A stretch of 64,000 nucleotides of DNA from an uncultured Actinomycetes bacterium (GCA_963714105.1 OY970233.1:755933-819932); one strand, 5' to 3'. Positions 18,053 through 27,504 are shown, numbered from the stretch's first letter. Program-made: numbers and translations. Notes: a model not told the origin generated them from the letters alone.

Positions 18053-19199
18053 GATCAGGCTGTGCTCGATCCAACCGGTCGCCGAGCGCGGCGGCTCGGA
18101 TCAGGCCCTCCTCCGGATGGTGCGCAGCCTGCCACGAGCGGAGTTCGAGTGCCACGTCGTGGTCCCCACCGACCCGCCGTTGCGGCCGGAGCTGGAAGCA
18201 GCGGGCGTGCAGGTCCACGTGGTGCCGATGCGTCGCATCTCGCGGAGCCACGGGATCGGTGACTGGGTCGCGTACGCGCTGGCCTGGCCGGTCACCGTGG
18301 CGCGGCTGACCCGGCTGCTGCGACGGCTCGACGTCGACGTGGTGCACACCAACTCGTGGCATTCCTGGTACGGGTGGGCGGCGGCGGCGCTGATCCGGCG
18401 TCCCCACGTGTGGCACGGCCGGGAGATCGTGGTGCAGTCACGCGCCGCGCTCACCCTCGAGCGGTTCCTGATCCCCCGCTTCTCGGCGCGGGTGCTGTCG
18501 ATGTCGCAGGCCATCGCCGACCAGCTCGACGGCGTCGACGTGACCGTCGTCCACGAGACCGCCGACCCCGACGAGTTCTCGCCCACCCGTGCCGGGCGGT
18601 TCCGCGCCCGTGTCGGGATCCCCGACGACGTCGCGCTCGTGGGCGCCGCGGGACGGGTCGACACCTGGAAGGGATTCGACGTCCTGCTGGAGGCGTTCGA
18701 CACGCTGCGAACCCGACGGGGCGACGTCGCGCTCGTCGTCGCGGGCGGCCCCGTCGCCGGCAAGGAGGGGACCTTCGGGCGGCTCCAGGCTCGAGCCGGC
18801 TCCATCCCCGGTGCGTCCTGGCTGGGCAGCCGTGACGACATCCCCGATCTGCTCGCCGACCTCGACGTGTTCGTGCTCCCCTCGACCGAACCCGAGCCGT
18901 ACGGCCTGGTGCTCGTCGAGGCGCTGATGAGCGGGGCTCGGGTCGTCGCGACCGACGGGGGCGGCCCGCCGGAGATCCTCGCCGATGCGACCCCGGGGAG
19001 CGGCCGGCTGGTCCCGGCCCGGGACGTCGCCGCCCTGGCCGACGCGGTCGAACACGAGGTCGAGGCGGCCGGCCCCACGAGCGCCGCCCGCCGCCGGGAG
19101 CGGGCCGCCCGTCGGGCACCCGAGCCGGAGCGGTTCGCGGCGATCTTCGCCGAGGTCGTCACGTCGTGGCGGTCCGGTCGGGCGAGAGGGCTGCGGTAG
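18051..19199 (+). CDS. GT4 (GT-B fold) glycosyltransferase
   Basis: ORF 18036..19199. The ATG at 18051 gives MIRLCSIQPVAERGGSD, a typical GT4 N-terminus. FVLPSTEPEPYGLVLVEALMSGARVV is also present. The alternative TTG start at 18036 is possible. Confidence 0.8.
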   Translation: MIRLCSIQPVAERGGSDQALLRMVRSLPRAEFECHVVVPTDPPLRPELEAAGVQVHVVPMRRISRSHGIGDWVAYALAWPVTVARLTRLLRRLDVDVVHTNSWHSWYGWAAAALIRRPHVWHGREIVVQSRAALTLERFLIPRFSARVLSMSQAIADQLDGVDVTVVHETADPDEFSPTRAGRFRARVGIPDDVALVGAAGRVDTWKGFDVLLEAFDTLRTRRGDVALVVAGGPVAGKEGTFGRLQARAGSIPGASWLGSRDDIPDLLADLDVFVLPSTEPEPYGLVLVEALMSGARVVATDGGGPPEILADATPGSGRLVPARDVAALADAVEHEVEAAGPTSAARRRERAARRAPEPERFAAIFAEVVTSWRSGRARGLR

Positions 19200-19282
19200 G
19201 GTCACCCGACCGACCCGGAGGCCCCCGCCATGATCCGGCTCGACTCGCTCCCCAGTGTTTGCGCCACGGGTGCACCGTGGTA

Positions 19283-19383
19283 CCGCCTCCTCGGGGACTC
19301 GACCCCGACTCGGGCGGCGGAGACGCCGCGCCGATCCCTTCGATGACGTGGGCGTCACCGCGCCCCGGGGCGGCCGGAGGCGG
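19283..19383 (+). promoter_or_regulatory. Candidate structured 5' leader: an 8-bp closing helix (CCGCCTCC/GGAGGCGG) enclosing three stem-loops, one with a GAGA tetraloop
   Basis: Complementarity was read by eye. The stems are TCGGGG-actcga-CCCCGA, GCGGCG-gaga-CGCCGC and TGACG-tggg-CGTCA. No match to a riboswitch class I can recognise. Chance hairpins are common at this GC content. Confidence 0.25.
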
Positions 19384-19452
19384 CTCCCCCACCATCCAGA
19401 TCGACCCCGGCACCGTAAACCCCCCGAGGCGGGACGAAAGGAGACAACGGCC

Positions 19453-19536
19453 ATGCACGCTGCCTTGACGCATCACCTGAAGCTGGCATCGGTCCGCGAC
19501 ATGGACTGGGTCACCGCACACTTCGGATACCGGTAA
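19453..19536 (+). CDS. Candidate 27-aa upstream ORF MHAALTHHLKLASVRDMDWVTAHFGYR preceding egtA
   Basis: An AAAGGAGA SD lies 7 nt upstream of the ATG. The TAA stop lies 2 nt before the egtA GTG. 22 of 27 codons end in G/C, and 4 codons are His. Confidence 0.4.
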   Translation: MHAALTHHLKLASVRDMDWVTAHFGYR

Positions 19537-19538
19537 CC

Positions 19539-20789
19539 GTGCCCGCCCCCCAGCCGGTCCTGACCGGACCCGAGGCACGAGGCATCGTCGCCGAGCGCGG
19601 GTTCGGTGGCCCGACCGCGCCGCCCGAGGAGGCCGATCGGGTCGGCGTCGAGCTCGAATGGCTCGCGGTGTGCGCCAAGGACCGGGCCCGCCCGGCTCCG
19701 TTCGACGCGGTCCAGGCGATCACCGCAGAGCTCGACCCGCTCCCGCGTGCCAGCCGGGTGACGTTCGAACCGGGCGGCCAGCTGGAGCTCAGCTCCGCGC
19801 CGCTCCCCGGGTCGCAGGCGAGCGACGCGCTCGACGACGACCTCGCCGTGCTCACGCCCGCGCTCGCCGACGCCGGCGTCGGGCTCGTGGCCGTGGGGTT
19901 GGAGCCGGGCTCGCCTCGACCCCGCGTCGTGCGCAGCCCCCGCTACGACGCGATGGAGGCGTTCTTCGACGCCGACGGCGGCGCCGGTCGGCTCATGATG
20001 GCCAGCACCGCGGCGTTGCAGATCAACGTGGACTTCGGGTCCAGCGGCGACGTCGCGAACCGGTGGCGGCTCGCCCACGACGTCGGGCCGGTCCTGGCCG
20101 CCGCGTTCGCGAACTCCCCGCTCGCAGACGGGCGGCCCTCGGGGTGGCGCTCGGCGCGACTCGCCATCTGGTCGGCGTTGGACCAGGGGCGCAGCACCGC
20201 GGTCACGACGACCGGCTCGCCCCGCGAGGCGTGGGCCGAGTACGCGCTCGCGGCCCGGGTCATGCTCGTGCGCTGCTCCGAGAGCTCTCACGTCGCCCTC
20301 ACCGAGACCGTGTCGTTCGCCGACTGGATCGAGCACGGCCATCGCCTCGGCTGGCCAACGAGCGACGACCTCGACTACCACCTCACAACCCTGTTCCCGC
20401 CGGTGCGGCCCCGCGGGTGGCTGGAGCTGCGCATGATCGACGCGCTCCCCTCCCCCTGGTGGCGAGCCGCGGTCGCCGTGTCGGTGGCGCTCGTCACCGA
20501 CCCGGAGATCGCCCCGACGGTGCGCGCCGCGGTCGAGCCGGTCCGGGACCGTTGGGGTGTCGCCGCCCGGTACGGCCTCGCCCATCCCGACCTGGCCCGC
20601 GCCGCCCGCGTCTGCTTCGACGCCGCCGCGGCGGTGATGGCGCCCGGCACGTCCCGCGACGCCACCGCGGCGTTCATCGACCGCTACGTCGCGCGGGGAC
20701 GCTGTCCCGCGGACGACACGCTGACGGCCTGGGCACGCGACGGCTACGTCGTGCCGCCCCTCGAAGCGCCCGCCGCGTCATGGACCTGA
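19539..20789 (+). CDS. egtA: Glutamate-cysteine ligase family 2, ergothioneine biosynthesis EgtA
   Basis: Intact 416-aa ORF with GVELEWL, TFEPGGQLELSS and LQINVDFG motifs. It is the first gene of an egtABCDE-order cluster. Confidence 0.85.
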   Translation: MPAPQPVLTGPEARGIVAERGFGGPTAPPEEADRVGVELEWLAVCAKDRARPAPFDAVQAITAELDPLPRASRVTFEPGGQLELSSAPLPGSQASDALDDDLAVLTPALADAGVGLVAVGLEPGSPRPRVVRSPRYDAMEAFFDADGGAGRLMMASTAALQINVDFGSSGDVANRWRLAHDVGPVLAAAFANSPLADGRPSGWRSARLAIWSALDQGRSTAVTTTGSPREAWAEYALAARVMLVRCSESSHVALTETVSFADWIEHGHRLGWPTSDDLDYHLTTLFPPVRPRGWLELRMIDALPSPWWRAAVAVSVALVTDPEIAPTVRAAVEPVRDRWGVAARYGLAHPDLARAARVCFDAAAAVMAPGTSRDATAAFIDRYVARGRCPADDTLTAWARDGYVVPPLEAPAASWT

Positions 20790-22078
20790 CCGCCCTCATC
20801 GCCGAACAGCTGGAGCACGCACGGGCCCAGACCGTGGAGGTGCTCGCACCCCTCGACGACGACCTGCTGCGCCGCCAGGTGTCACCGCTCATGTCGCCGC
20901 TGTGCTGGGACCTCGCCCACATCGCCCACTACGAGGAGCTGTGGCTCCTGCGGACGGTCGCCGACGCACCCCCGACCGACCCACGCTTCGATGACCTCTA
21001 CGACGCGTTCCGCCACCCGCGCCGCGAGCGCGCGGGGCTGCCAATCCTGGAACCCGACGCGGCGCGCCGCTACGCCGGCGACGTCCACGCCCGCACCCTC
21101 GACCTGCTCGACACCGGGCTCCTCGACCGCGCCGGTGACGACGACCCCCTCCTTGCCGGCGGGTTCGTGTTCGGGATGGTCGTCCAGCACGAGCATCAGC
21201 ACCGGGAGACCATGCTGGCCACGATCGGCCTCATGGACCGGCCCTACGGGACCGGCGCCGACACGGTCCCGGCTTCCCCGGGGACCCGCGCCGGGGGCGA
21301 GGTGCGCCTCCCCGGCGGTGCGTTCGTGCTGGGCTCCGACGTGGAACCGTGGGCCTACGACAACGAGCGGCCCGGACACCTCGTCGAGCTGGCCCCGTTC
21401 CGGATCGACGTGACCCCCGTCGTCAACCGGGAGTACCGGCAGTTCGTCGACGGCGGCGGCTACGACGACGAGCGGCTCTGGACCCGTCCCGGCTGGTCGT
21501 GGCGCCGCGAAGCCGACCTCGAGCATCCCGCGGGCTGGCGCCGCGACGGAGCCGGCGGGTGGACGGTGACCCGCTTCGGGCACACCCGCGACCTCCCCGG
21601 CGACGAGCCGGTCGAGCACGTGTGCTGGTACGAGGCCGACGCGTTCGCCCGGTGGGCGGGCAAACGGCTCCCGACCGAAGCCGAGTGGGAGTACGCGGCG
21701 TCGTGGACCCCCGGCGCCGACAAGCGTCGCTACCCGTGGGGCGACGAGGACCCCACGCCGGCGCGCGCCAACCTCGGCCACCGCGCGTCGGGGCCCCACC
21801 CGGTGCTCGCCCACCCCGACGGGGCCACCCCGGACGGGGTGCTCGGCCTCGTCGGTGACGTGTGGGAGTGGACGTCGAGCGCGTTCGGCGGGTACCCGGG
21901 GTTCCAGCCCTTCCCGTACCGCGAGTACTCGGAGGTGTTCTTCGGGGACGACTACCGGGTGCTGCGGGGCGGGTCGTGGGCGACGCACCCCAGCGCCTGC
22001 CGGGCGACGTTCCGCAACTGGGACTACCCGATCCGCCGTCAGATCTTCGCCGGCTTCCGCTTGGCGCGAGACGCCTGA
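20780..22078 (+). CDS. egtB: Hercynine oxygenase / sulfoxide synthase EgtB (DinB-like plus FGE-sulfatase domains)
   Basis: ORF 19658..22078 trimmed to the ATG at 20780, which overlaps the egtA end by 10 nt. It carries HIAHYEELW, VVQHEHQHRETM, HVCWYEADAFARWAGKRLPTEAEWEYAA and GDVWEWTSS. Confidence 0.9.
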   Translation: MDLTALIAEQLEHARAQTVEVLAPLDDDLLRRQVSPLMSPLCWDLAHIAHYEELWLLRTVADAPPTDPRFDDLYDAFRHPRRERAGLPILEPDAARRYAGDVHARTLDLLDTGLLDRAGDDDPLLAGGFVFGMVVQHEHQHRETMLATIGLMDRPYGTGADTVPASPGTRAGGEVRLPGGAFVLGSDVEPWAYDNERPGHLVELAPFRIDVTPVVNREYRQFVDGGGYDDERLWTRPGWSWRREADLEHPAGWRRDGAGGWTVTRFGHTRDLPGDEPVEHVCWYEADAFARWAGKRLPTEAEWEYAASWTPGADKRRYPWGDEDPTPARANLGHRASGPHPVLAHPDGATPDGVLGLVGDVWEWTSSAFGGYPGFQPFPYREYSEVFFGDDYRVLRGGSWATHPSACRATFRNWDYPIRRQIFAGFRLARDA

Positions 22079-22080
22079 CC

Positions 22081-22818
22081 GTGTGCCGGCACCTCGCCTA
22101 CCTCGGCCCGCCCGTCCCGCTCGGCGCGCTCCTGGTCGATGCACCCCACGGGCTCGCCGACCAGGCTCACCACCCGCGCCGTCAGCACAGCGGCCACGAC
22201 AACCCCGACGGGTACGGGGTCGCCTGGTACGCGACGACCGACCCGACCCCGCGCCGGTACCGGACCGCGACGCCGATCTGGGAGGACACGGTGCTGCACA
22301 CGCTCGCGTCGACGGTGTGCGCCCCCGCGGTGCTCGCCGCGGCCCGGCTCGCGTCACCCGGCTCCCCGGTCGAACGGACCGGCAACGCGCCGTTCGTCGC
22401 CGGGGTCTACGCCTGGTCGCTGAACGGCGTTGTGGACGGCTGGCACGACGGGATCGACGCGGAGCTGCGCACGCTCGTCTCGGCGCGACGTCGTGACCGC
22501 ATCGAGGGCGTGACCGACAGCGAGACGCTCTTCGCGTTGGCGTTGGACCGTCTCGACGACGGCGCGACACCCGGGGAGGCCCTCGCCGCGGTCCTGAACA
22601 CGGTCACGACGCGGACGTCGGGCCGGGTGAACCTGCTCCTGACCGACGGGCGTCGGCTCGCGGCCAGCGCGTGGGGCAACTCGCTCTCCACCCGGGAGAC
22701 CGCCGGGGCGGTGGTCGTCGCCTCGGAGCCGCTCGACGACGACCCCCTTTGGGTCGACGTCCCCGACCGCACGCTCGTCGCCGGCGACGCCGGCGGCCTG
22801 CGCCGCACCCCCCTGTGA
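22081..22818 (+). CDS. egtC: Class II glutamine amidotransferase EgtC
   Basis: ORF 21862..22818 trimmed to the GTG at 22081, giving (M)[10 protein letters not shown] with the nucleophilic Cys2. It starts 2 nt after the egtB stop. Confidence 0.85.
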   Translation: MCRHLAYLGPPVPLGALLVDAPHGLADQAHHPRRQHSGHDNPDGYGVAWYATTDPTPRRYRTATPIWEDTVLHTLASTVCAPAVLAAARLASPGSPVERTGNAPFVAGVYAWSLNGVVDGWHDGIDAELRTLVSARRRDRIEGVTDSETLFALALDRLDDGATPGEALAAVLNTVTTRTSGRVNLLLTDGRRLAASAWGNSLSTRETAGAVVVASEPLDDDPLWVDVPDRTLVAGDAGGLRRTPL

Positions 22819-22825
22819 GGACCCG

Positions 22826-23810
22826 ATGGTGAGCACCAACGTCCCCGACGTCCAGGTGGACGTGCACCTGTCGTCCACCGAGCTGAGCGACGCGCTCGCC
22901 GCCGACGTCCGGTCCGGGTTGACCCGCGTCCCGAAGGAGCTCCCCCCGAAGTGGTTCTACGACGATCGGGGCTCCGAGCTCTTCGACGCCATCACCCGCC
23001 TCCCCGAGTACTACCCGACCCGCGCCGAGCGCGCGATCCTCGGCGCCCGGGCGTCGGAGATCGCCGCCGCGGCCCGCGCCGACACGCTGGTCGAGCTCGG
23101 GTCGGGCACCTCCGAGAAGACCCGGCTGCTCCTCGACGCGCTCCGCGACCACGGCACCTTGCGCCGGTTCGTGCCCTTCGACGTGAGCGAGGCGACCCTG
23201 CGCACCGCCGCCGACGCGATCGCCGACGAGTACGGCGTCGCGGTGCACGCCGTCGTCGGCGACTTCGAGCGTCACCTCGACCGGCTCCCACCGGGAGACA
23301 CCCGGCTGGTCGCGTTCTTGGGCGGCACGATCGGGAACCTCGCGCCCGCGCCGCGCGCGGTGTTCCTCGACGCGCTCGGTGCGGTGCTCCGACCGGGCGA
23401 CACGCTGCTGCTCGGCACCGACCTGGTCAAAGCGGGTGACCGGCTCGAGGCCGCGTACGACGACGCCGCGGGCGTCACCGCCGAGTTCAACCGCAACGTG
23501 CTGCGGGTGATCAACCGGGCGTTGGGCGCCGACTTCGTCCCCGAGCGCTTCGACCATGTCGCCCGGTGGGATCCCGACTCGGCGTGGATCGAGATGCGGC
23601 TCCGGGCTCGTGGCGCGCAACGGGTCGTGGTGCCCGAGCTCGAGCTCACGGTCGAGTTCGCCGACCAGGAGGAGGTCCGCACCGAGATCGAGCGCGAAGT
23701 TCACCCGCCCTCGCGTCGAAGCCGAGCTGGACGCGGCCGGTTTCACGCTCGAGCGCTGGTGGACCGACCAGGCCGGCGACTTCGGCCTGTCGCTCGCGAC
23801 CCGCAGGTGA
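22826..23810 (+). pseudogene. egtD: Histidine N-alpha-methyltransferase EgtD with an apparent 1-nt insertion near 23690
   Basis: The N-terminal roughly 290 aa are in the frame of ORF 22826 ([38 protein letters not shown]). The conserved C-terminus [39 protein letters not shown] is in the frame of ORF 23556..23810. The junction is ...ACC GAG ATC g AGC GCG AAG. Confidence 0.75.
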
Positions 23811-24943
23811 GCGCGCTGCCCGGCGGTCGGCTCGCCACGACCTGGCGGGCCGAGCTCGCCGACCACCGGGTCGTGCCCCTCGACGCCGCCGGGTGCGCCT
23901 GCCCGTCACGGGCGGTGCTCGACGCGACCGTCGGCCACTTGCGCCGCGAGGCCGAGATCGGCGGGTACGCGGCGGAGTTCGAAGCCTCCGGCCAGCTCGA
24001 GCGGCTCCGCGGCCGGCTCGGCGAGCTGGTCGGTCTCGACGCGGCGTCGGTGGCGTTGGCGCCGAACGCGACGCTGGCGTTCACCGCGCTGTTCGGCGCG
24101 TGGCCGCTCCGCCCCGGCGCCCGGGTGGGGGTGATCCCGAGCGAGTACGAGAGCAACCGCCTCGTCCTGGACGCGGTCGCCGACCGCCGGGGCTTCACGC
24201 TGGTGGTGCTGCCCACCGACGAGCACCGACGGCTCCGTCTCGACGCCCTCGAGGACCGGCTCCGCGCCGGCCTCGATCTGGTCACGTTTCCCGTCGTCGC
24301 GAGCCACCGGGGGGTGGTGCAGCCCGCCGCGGCGGCCGTCGCGCTCGCCCATGCCGCCGGCGTGCCCGTCGTCCTCGACGTCGCGCAGGCCGCTGGGCAC
24401 GTCCCCCTCGGCGCGGTCGGCGCCGACGCGTACGTCGGGACCGGCCGAAAGTGGCTGCGGGGCCCGCGCGGCACCGGGTGGATCGCCGCCGGTCGGGACG
24501 CCGGCGCCCGCCTCGACCCCGAGTACCCGAGCCTGACCGGCCGAGACGCGTCCGGGGTGGCCCGGCTCGCCACCGGCGAAGGGTCGATCGCGGCCCGGGT
24601 CGGTTGGGGCCTGGCCCTCGAGGAGCTCACCGCCGCCGATCCCGAGGTGGTCTTCACCCGCGTCGCCGCGCTCGGCGTGCACGCCCGGGCCCGTCTCGAC
24701 GGGTGCGGCGGCTGGCAGGCCCAGGAGCCCCTCGACGAGCCGTCCGGCGTCGTGACCCTCGCCCACCCGGAGCTGGACCCGGTGGCCTGCGCCGCCCGTC
24801 TGCTCGCGGCGGGGATCACGACCACGGCGATCCCCGCCGGGCGCGTCCCCATCGACCTGAGGGCCGGGGTGCTGCGGATCTCGCTGCACGCCTACTGCGA
24901 CGAGGGCGACGTCGACCGCCTGGAGTTTTCACTACGGCGGTAG
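23807..24943 (+). CDS. egtE: PLP-dependent C-S lyase EgtE (aminotransferase class V-like)
   Basis: The GTG at 23807 overlaps the in-frame egtD TGA (GTGA). The 378-aa product is cysteine-desulfurase-like ([17 protein letters not shown]). It is read in the same frame as ORF 22826..24943. Confidence 0.8.
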   Translation: MSALPGGRLATTWRAELADHRVVPLDAAGCACPSRAVLDATVGHLRREAEIGGYAAEFEASGQLERLRGRLGELVGLDAASVALAPNATLAFTALFGAWPLRPGARVGVIPSEYESNRLVLDAVADRRGFTLVVLPTDEHRRLRLDALEDRLRAGLDLVTFPVVASHRGVVQPAAAAVALAHAAGVPVVLDVAQAAGHVPLGAVGADAYVGTGRKWLRGPRGTGWIAAGRDAGARLDPEYPSLTGRDASGVARLATGEGSIAARVGWGLALEELTAADPEVVFTRVAALGVHARARLDGCGGWQAQEPLDEPSGVVTLAHPELDPVACAARLLAAGITTTAIPAGRVPIDLRAGVLRISLHAYCDEGDVDRLEFSLRR

Positions 24944-24955
24944 TGAGAATACAAT
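24928..24955 (+). promoter_or_regulatory. Candidate promoter TTCACT-16nt-TACAAT, placing the transcription start at or near the sufC GTG (leaderless)
   Basis: This is an AT-richer patch at the egtE 3' end. The -10 hexamer ends 6 nt before the GTG at 24962. Prediction from sequence only. Confidence 0.35.
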
Positions 24956-24961
24956 GAGTGT

Positions 24962-25747
24962 GTGAGCGTGCAGGAAGCGCCGCCGGCGCCCGCGTTGTCG
25001 GTCCAGGACCTCCACGTCGCCGTGGACGGCCAGGAGATCCTGCGCGGCGTGTCCCTCGAGGTCGGGGCCGGTGAGCTCCACGCCCTGATGGGCCCCAACG
25101 GGTCGGGGAAGTCGACCCTGGCCAAGGCCCTCCTGGCCGACCCGGGGTACACGATCACCGCCGGTCGGATCTTCGTGAACGGCGATGACGTGACCACCCT
25201 CTCGCCCGACCAGCGGGCCGCCCGGGGGGTGTTCCTCGGCTTCCAGCATCCCGAGGAGATCCCCGGGGTCAGCGTCTTGAACTTCCTTCGTCAGGCCATG
25301 GCCGCCCGCAAGAGCATCGCCGACCTGTCGATCCTCGAGGTCCGCATGGCGGTCATCGACTGGGCCAAGCGTCTCGGGACCGACGACCGGTTCGTGTCCC
25401 GCTACCTGAACGAGGGGTTCTCGGGCGGTGAGAAGAAGCGCAACGAGATCCTCCAGATGGCGCTCCTCGAGCCGGAGGTCGCGGTCCTCGACGAGACCGA
25501 CTCGGGTCTCGACATCGATTCGCTGCGGGTCGTCGCCGACGGGATCAACGCGGTGCGCGCCGAGCGGCCGGCGATGGGGGTGCTGCTGATCACCCACTAC
25601 CGGCGCATCCTCGAGCACCTCACCCCCGACCGGGTCCACATCCTCGTGGAGGGCCGGATCGTCGCGTCCGGCGGCCCCGAGATCGCCGACCGGGTCGAGC
25701 GGGAGGGCTTCGACGGCTTCCGACGCGAGGTCGAGGCGGTGGCGTGA
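24962..25747 (+). CDS. sufC: Fe-S cluster assembly ATPase SufC (canonical copy)
   Basis: Intact 261-aa ORF with GPNGSGKST Walker A, NEGFSGGEKKRNEILQM, LDETDSGLDIDSL and LITHYRRIL. Confidence 0.9.
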   Translation: MSVQEAPPAPALSVQDLHVAVDGQEILRGVSLEVGAGELHALMGPNGSGKSTLAKALLADPGYTITAGRIFVNGDDVTTLSPDQRAARGVFLGFQHPEEIPGVSVLNFLRQAMAARKSIADLSILEVRMAVIDWAKRLGTDDRFVSRYLNEGFSGGEKKRNEILQMALLEPEVAVLDETDSGLDIDSLRVVADGINAVRAERPAMGVLLITHYRRILEHLTPDRVHILVEGRIVASGGPEIADRVEREGFDGFRREVEAVA

Positions 25748-25748
25748 C

Positions 25749-26990
25749 ATGAACCCCGCCGGTCTCGACGTCGCCCGCGTCCAAGCCGACTTCCCGATCC
25801 TGAAACGCCAGGTCAACGGGAAGCGCCTCGTGTACCTCGACTCCGCGTCGACGTCGCAGAAGCCCGTCGCGGTGCTCGACGCGATGGAGCACCTGTACCG
25901 CGAGTCGTACGCGAACGTGCACCGGGGCGTGTACGCGATCGCCGAGGAGGCCACCGCGGCGTACGAGGGCGCACGGGCCCGGCTGGCCCGCTTCGTCGGC
26001 GCCGGCTCCCCGTCCGAGGTGGTCTTCACCCGCAACGTGACTGAGGCCATCAACCTGGTCGCGCACTCGTGGGGTCGCACCAACCTCCACGCCGGTGACG
26101 TCGTCGTGCTCACCGACCTCGAGCATCACGCCAACATCGTCCCCTGGCATCTCCTCGCCGCGGAGCGGGGCATCGAGCTGCGCTGGGTGCCGCTCACCGA
26201 CGACTACCGGCTGGACCTCGGCGCGCTCGACGCCGCCCTCGCCGGCGCGAAGCTGTTCGCCTTCTCGGCGGCGTCGAACGTGCTCGGCACCGTCAACGAC
26301 GTCCGGGCCCTCGCGGCCGCCGCGCACGCGGCGGGCGCGTTGGCGCTCGTCGACGCGGCCCAGTTCGCCCCCCATCGCCACCTGGACGTCAGCGCCTGGG
26401 ACGCCGACTTCGTCGGGGTCACCGGCCACAAGATGCTCGGTCCGACCGCGATCGGTGCGCTCTGGGCCCGCCCCGAGCTGCTCGAGGCGATGCCGCCGTT
26501 CCTCGGCGGCGGCGAGATGATCCGCGACGTGCGCCGCGACGGGTTCACCCCGAACGACGTGCCGTGGAAGTTCGAGGCCGGGACCATGCCGATCGCCGAG
26601 GCGGTCGGGCTCGGCGCCGCGATCGACTACCTCGACGGGCTCGGGATGGACGCGGTCGAAGCCCACGAGGTCGCGCTCACCGCGTACGCGCTGGCGGCGC
26701 TGGAAGACCGCTTCGGGGACCGTCTCGCGATCTACGGCCCCCGCGGCACCGACGCTCGCGGCGCGACGATCTCGTTCCTCTTCGAGGGGATCCACGCCCA
26801 CGACATCTCCCAGGTCGTCGACGAGTACGGGGTGTGCGTCCGCGCCGGGCACCACTGCGCCAAGCCGCTCATGCGGGTGCTCGGCGTCCCCGCGACGACC
26901 CGAGCCTCGTTCTACGTCTATAACGACGAATCCGACGTCGACGCCCTCGTCGAAGCGCTGGCTGGCGCCGAGCGCTTCTTCGGGAGCTAG
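25749..26990 (+). CDS. sufS: Cysteine desulfurase SufS (413 aa)
   Basis: Intact ORF starting 1 nt after the sufC stop. It carries YLDSASTSQKP, NVHRGVY, TGHKMLGPTAIG and VRAGHHCAKPL motifs. Confidence 0.9.
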   Translation: MNPAGLDVARVQADFPILKRQVNGKRLVYLDSASTSQKPVAVLDAMEHLYRESYANVHRGVYAIAEEATAAYEGARARLARFVGAGSPSEVVFTRNVTEAINLVAHSWGRTNLHAGDVVVLTDLEHHANIVPWHLLAAERGIELRWVPLTDDYRLDLGALDAALAGAKLFAFSAASNVLGTVNDVRALAAAAHAAGALALVDAAQFAPHRHLDVSAWDADFVGVTGHKMLGPTAIGALWARPELLEAMPPFLGGGEMIRDVRRDGFTPNDVPWKFEAGTMPIAEAVGLGAAIDYLDGLGMDAVEAHEVALTAYALAALEDRFGDRLAIYGPRGTDARGATISFLFEGIHAHDISQVVDEYGVCVRAGHHCAKPLMRVLGVPATTRASFYVYNDESDVDALVEALAGAERFFGS

Positions 26991-26998
26991 GAGCAGCC

Positions 26999-27483
26999 GT
27001 GGCCGGCCTCGAGGACCTGTACCGCGAGATCATCCTCGACCACTACCGCGCGCCCGGAACCGCGGGGAGCTGCCGGTCCCGCCCGCCCATCAGGTCGAGG
27101 GCTTCAACCCGCTCTGCGGCGACGAGGTCGTCCTGTACCTCGAGGTCGACGACGACGGCGTCGTGCAGGACGTGCGCACCGCCGGGCAGGGCTGCTCCAT
27201 CAGCCAGGCGTCGACGTCGATGATGAGCGCCGCGGTGAAGGGCCAGCCCGTCGACGACGTCCGCCGCCTCATCCGGGCGTTCAAGGCGCTCATGTCCATC
27301 CACGAAGCCGCGCTCGAAGGCGAGGACGACGGCGACGAGGGCGCCGCCCTCGACGGGGTCCGCCTCGGCGACCTCGAGGCCCTCCAGGGGGTCGTGAAGT
27401 TCCCGGTGCGGATCAAGTGCGCCACCCTCGCCTGGAACACCCTCGAGCAGGGCCTCGACGAGACCGCCCGCCCCCCCGCCTGA
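26999..27483 (+). pseudogene. sufU: SufU/IscU-type Fe-S scaffold with an apparent 1-nt deletion near 27055
   Basis: The GTG at 26999 (AGGAGC SD) encodes MAGLEDLYREIILDHYRAP. The rest (RNRGELPVPPAHQVEGFNPLCGDEVVLYL...GQGCSISQASTSMM...KFPVRIKCATLAW) is in the frame of ORF 27163..27483. The shift falls at the run GCGCCCGG. Confidence 0.75.
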
Positions 27484-27504
27484 CCCAGGCCCCGATCCGG
27501 TCGT

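Noticed and set aside
22826-24943. A natural bifunctional EgtD-EgtE fusion protein (705 aa).
   Set aside because: The 38 codons linking the two parts are an out-of-frame reading of the conserved EgtD C-terminus. The alternative frame restores that C-terminus, with a stop overlapping a GTG start for egtE. A 1-nt insertion is the simpler explanation.
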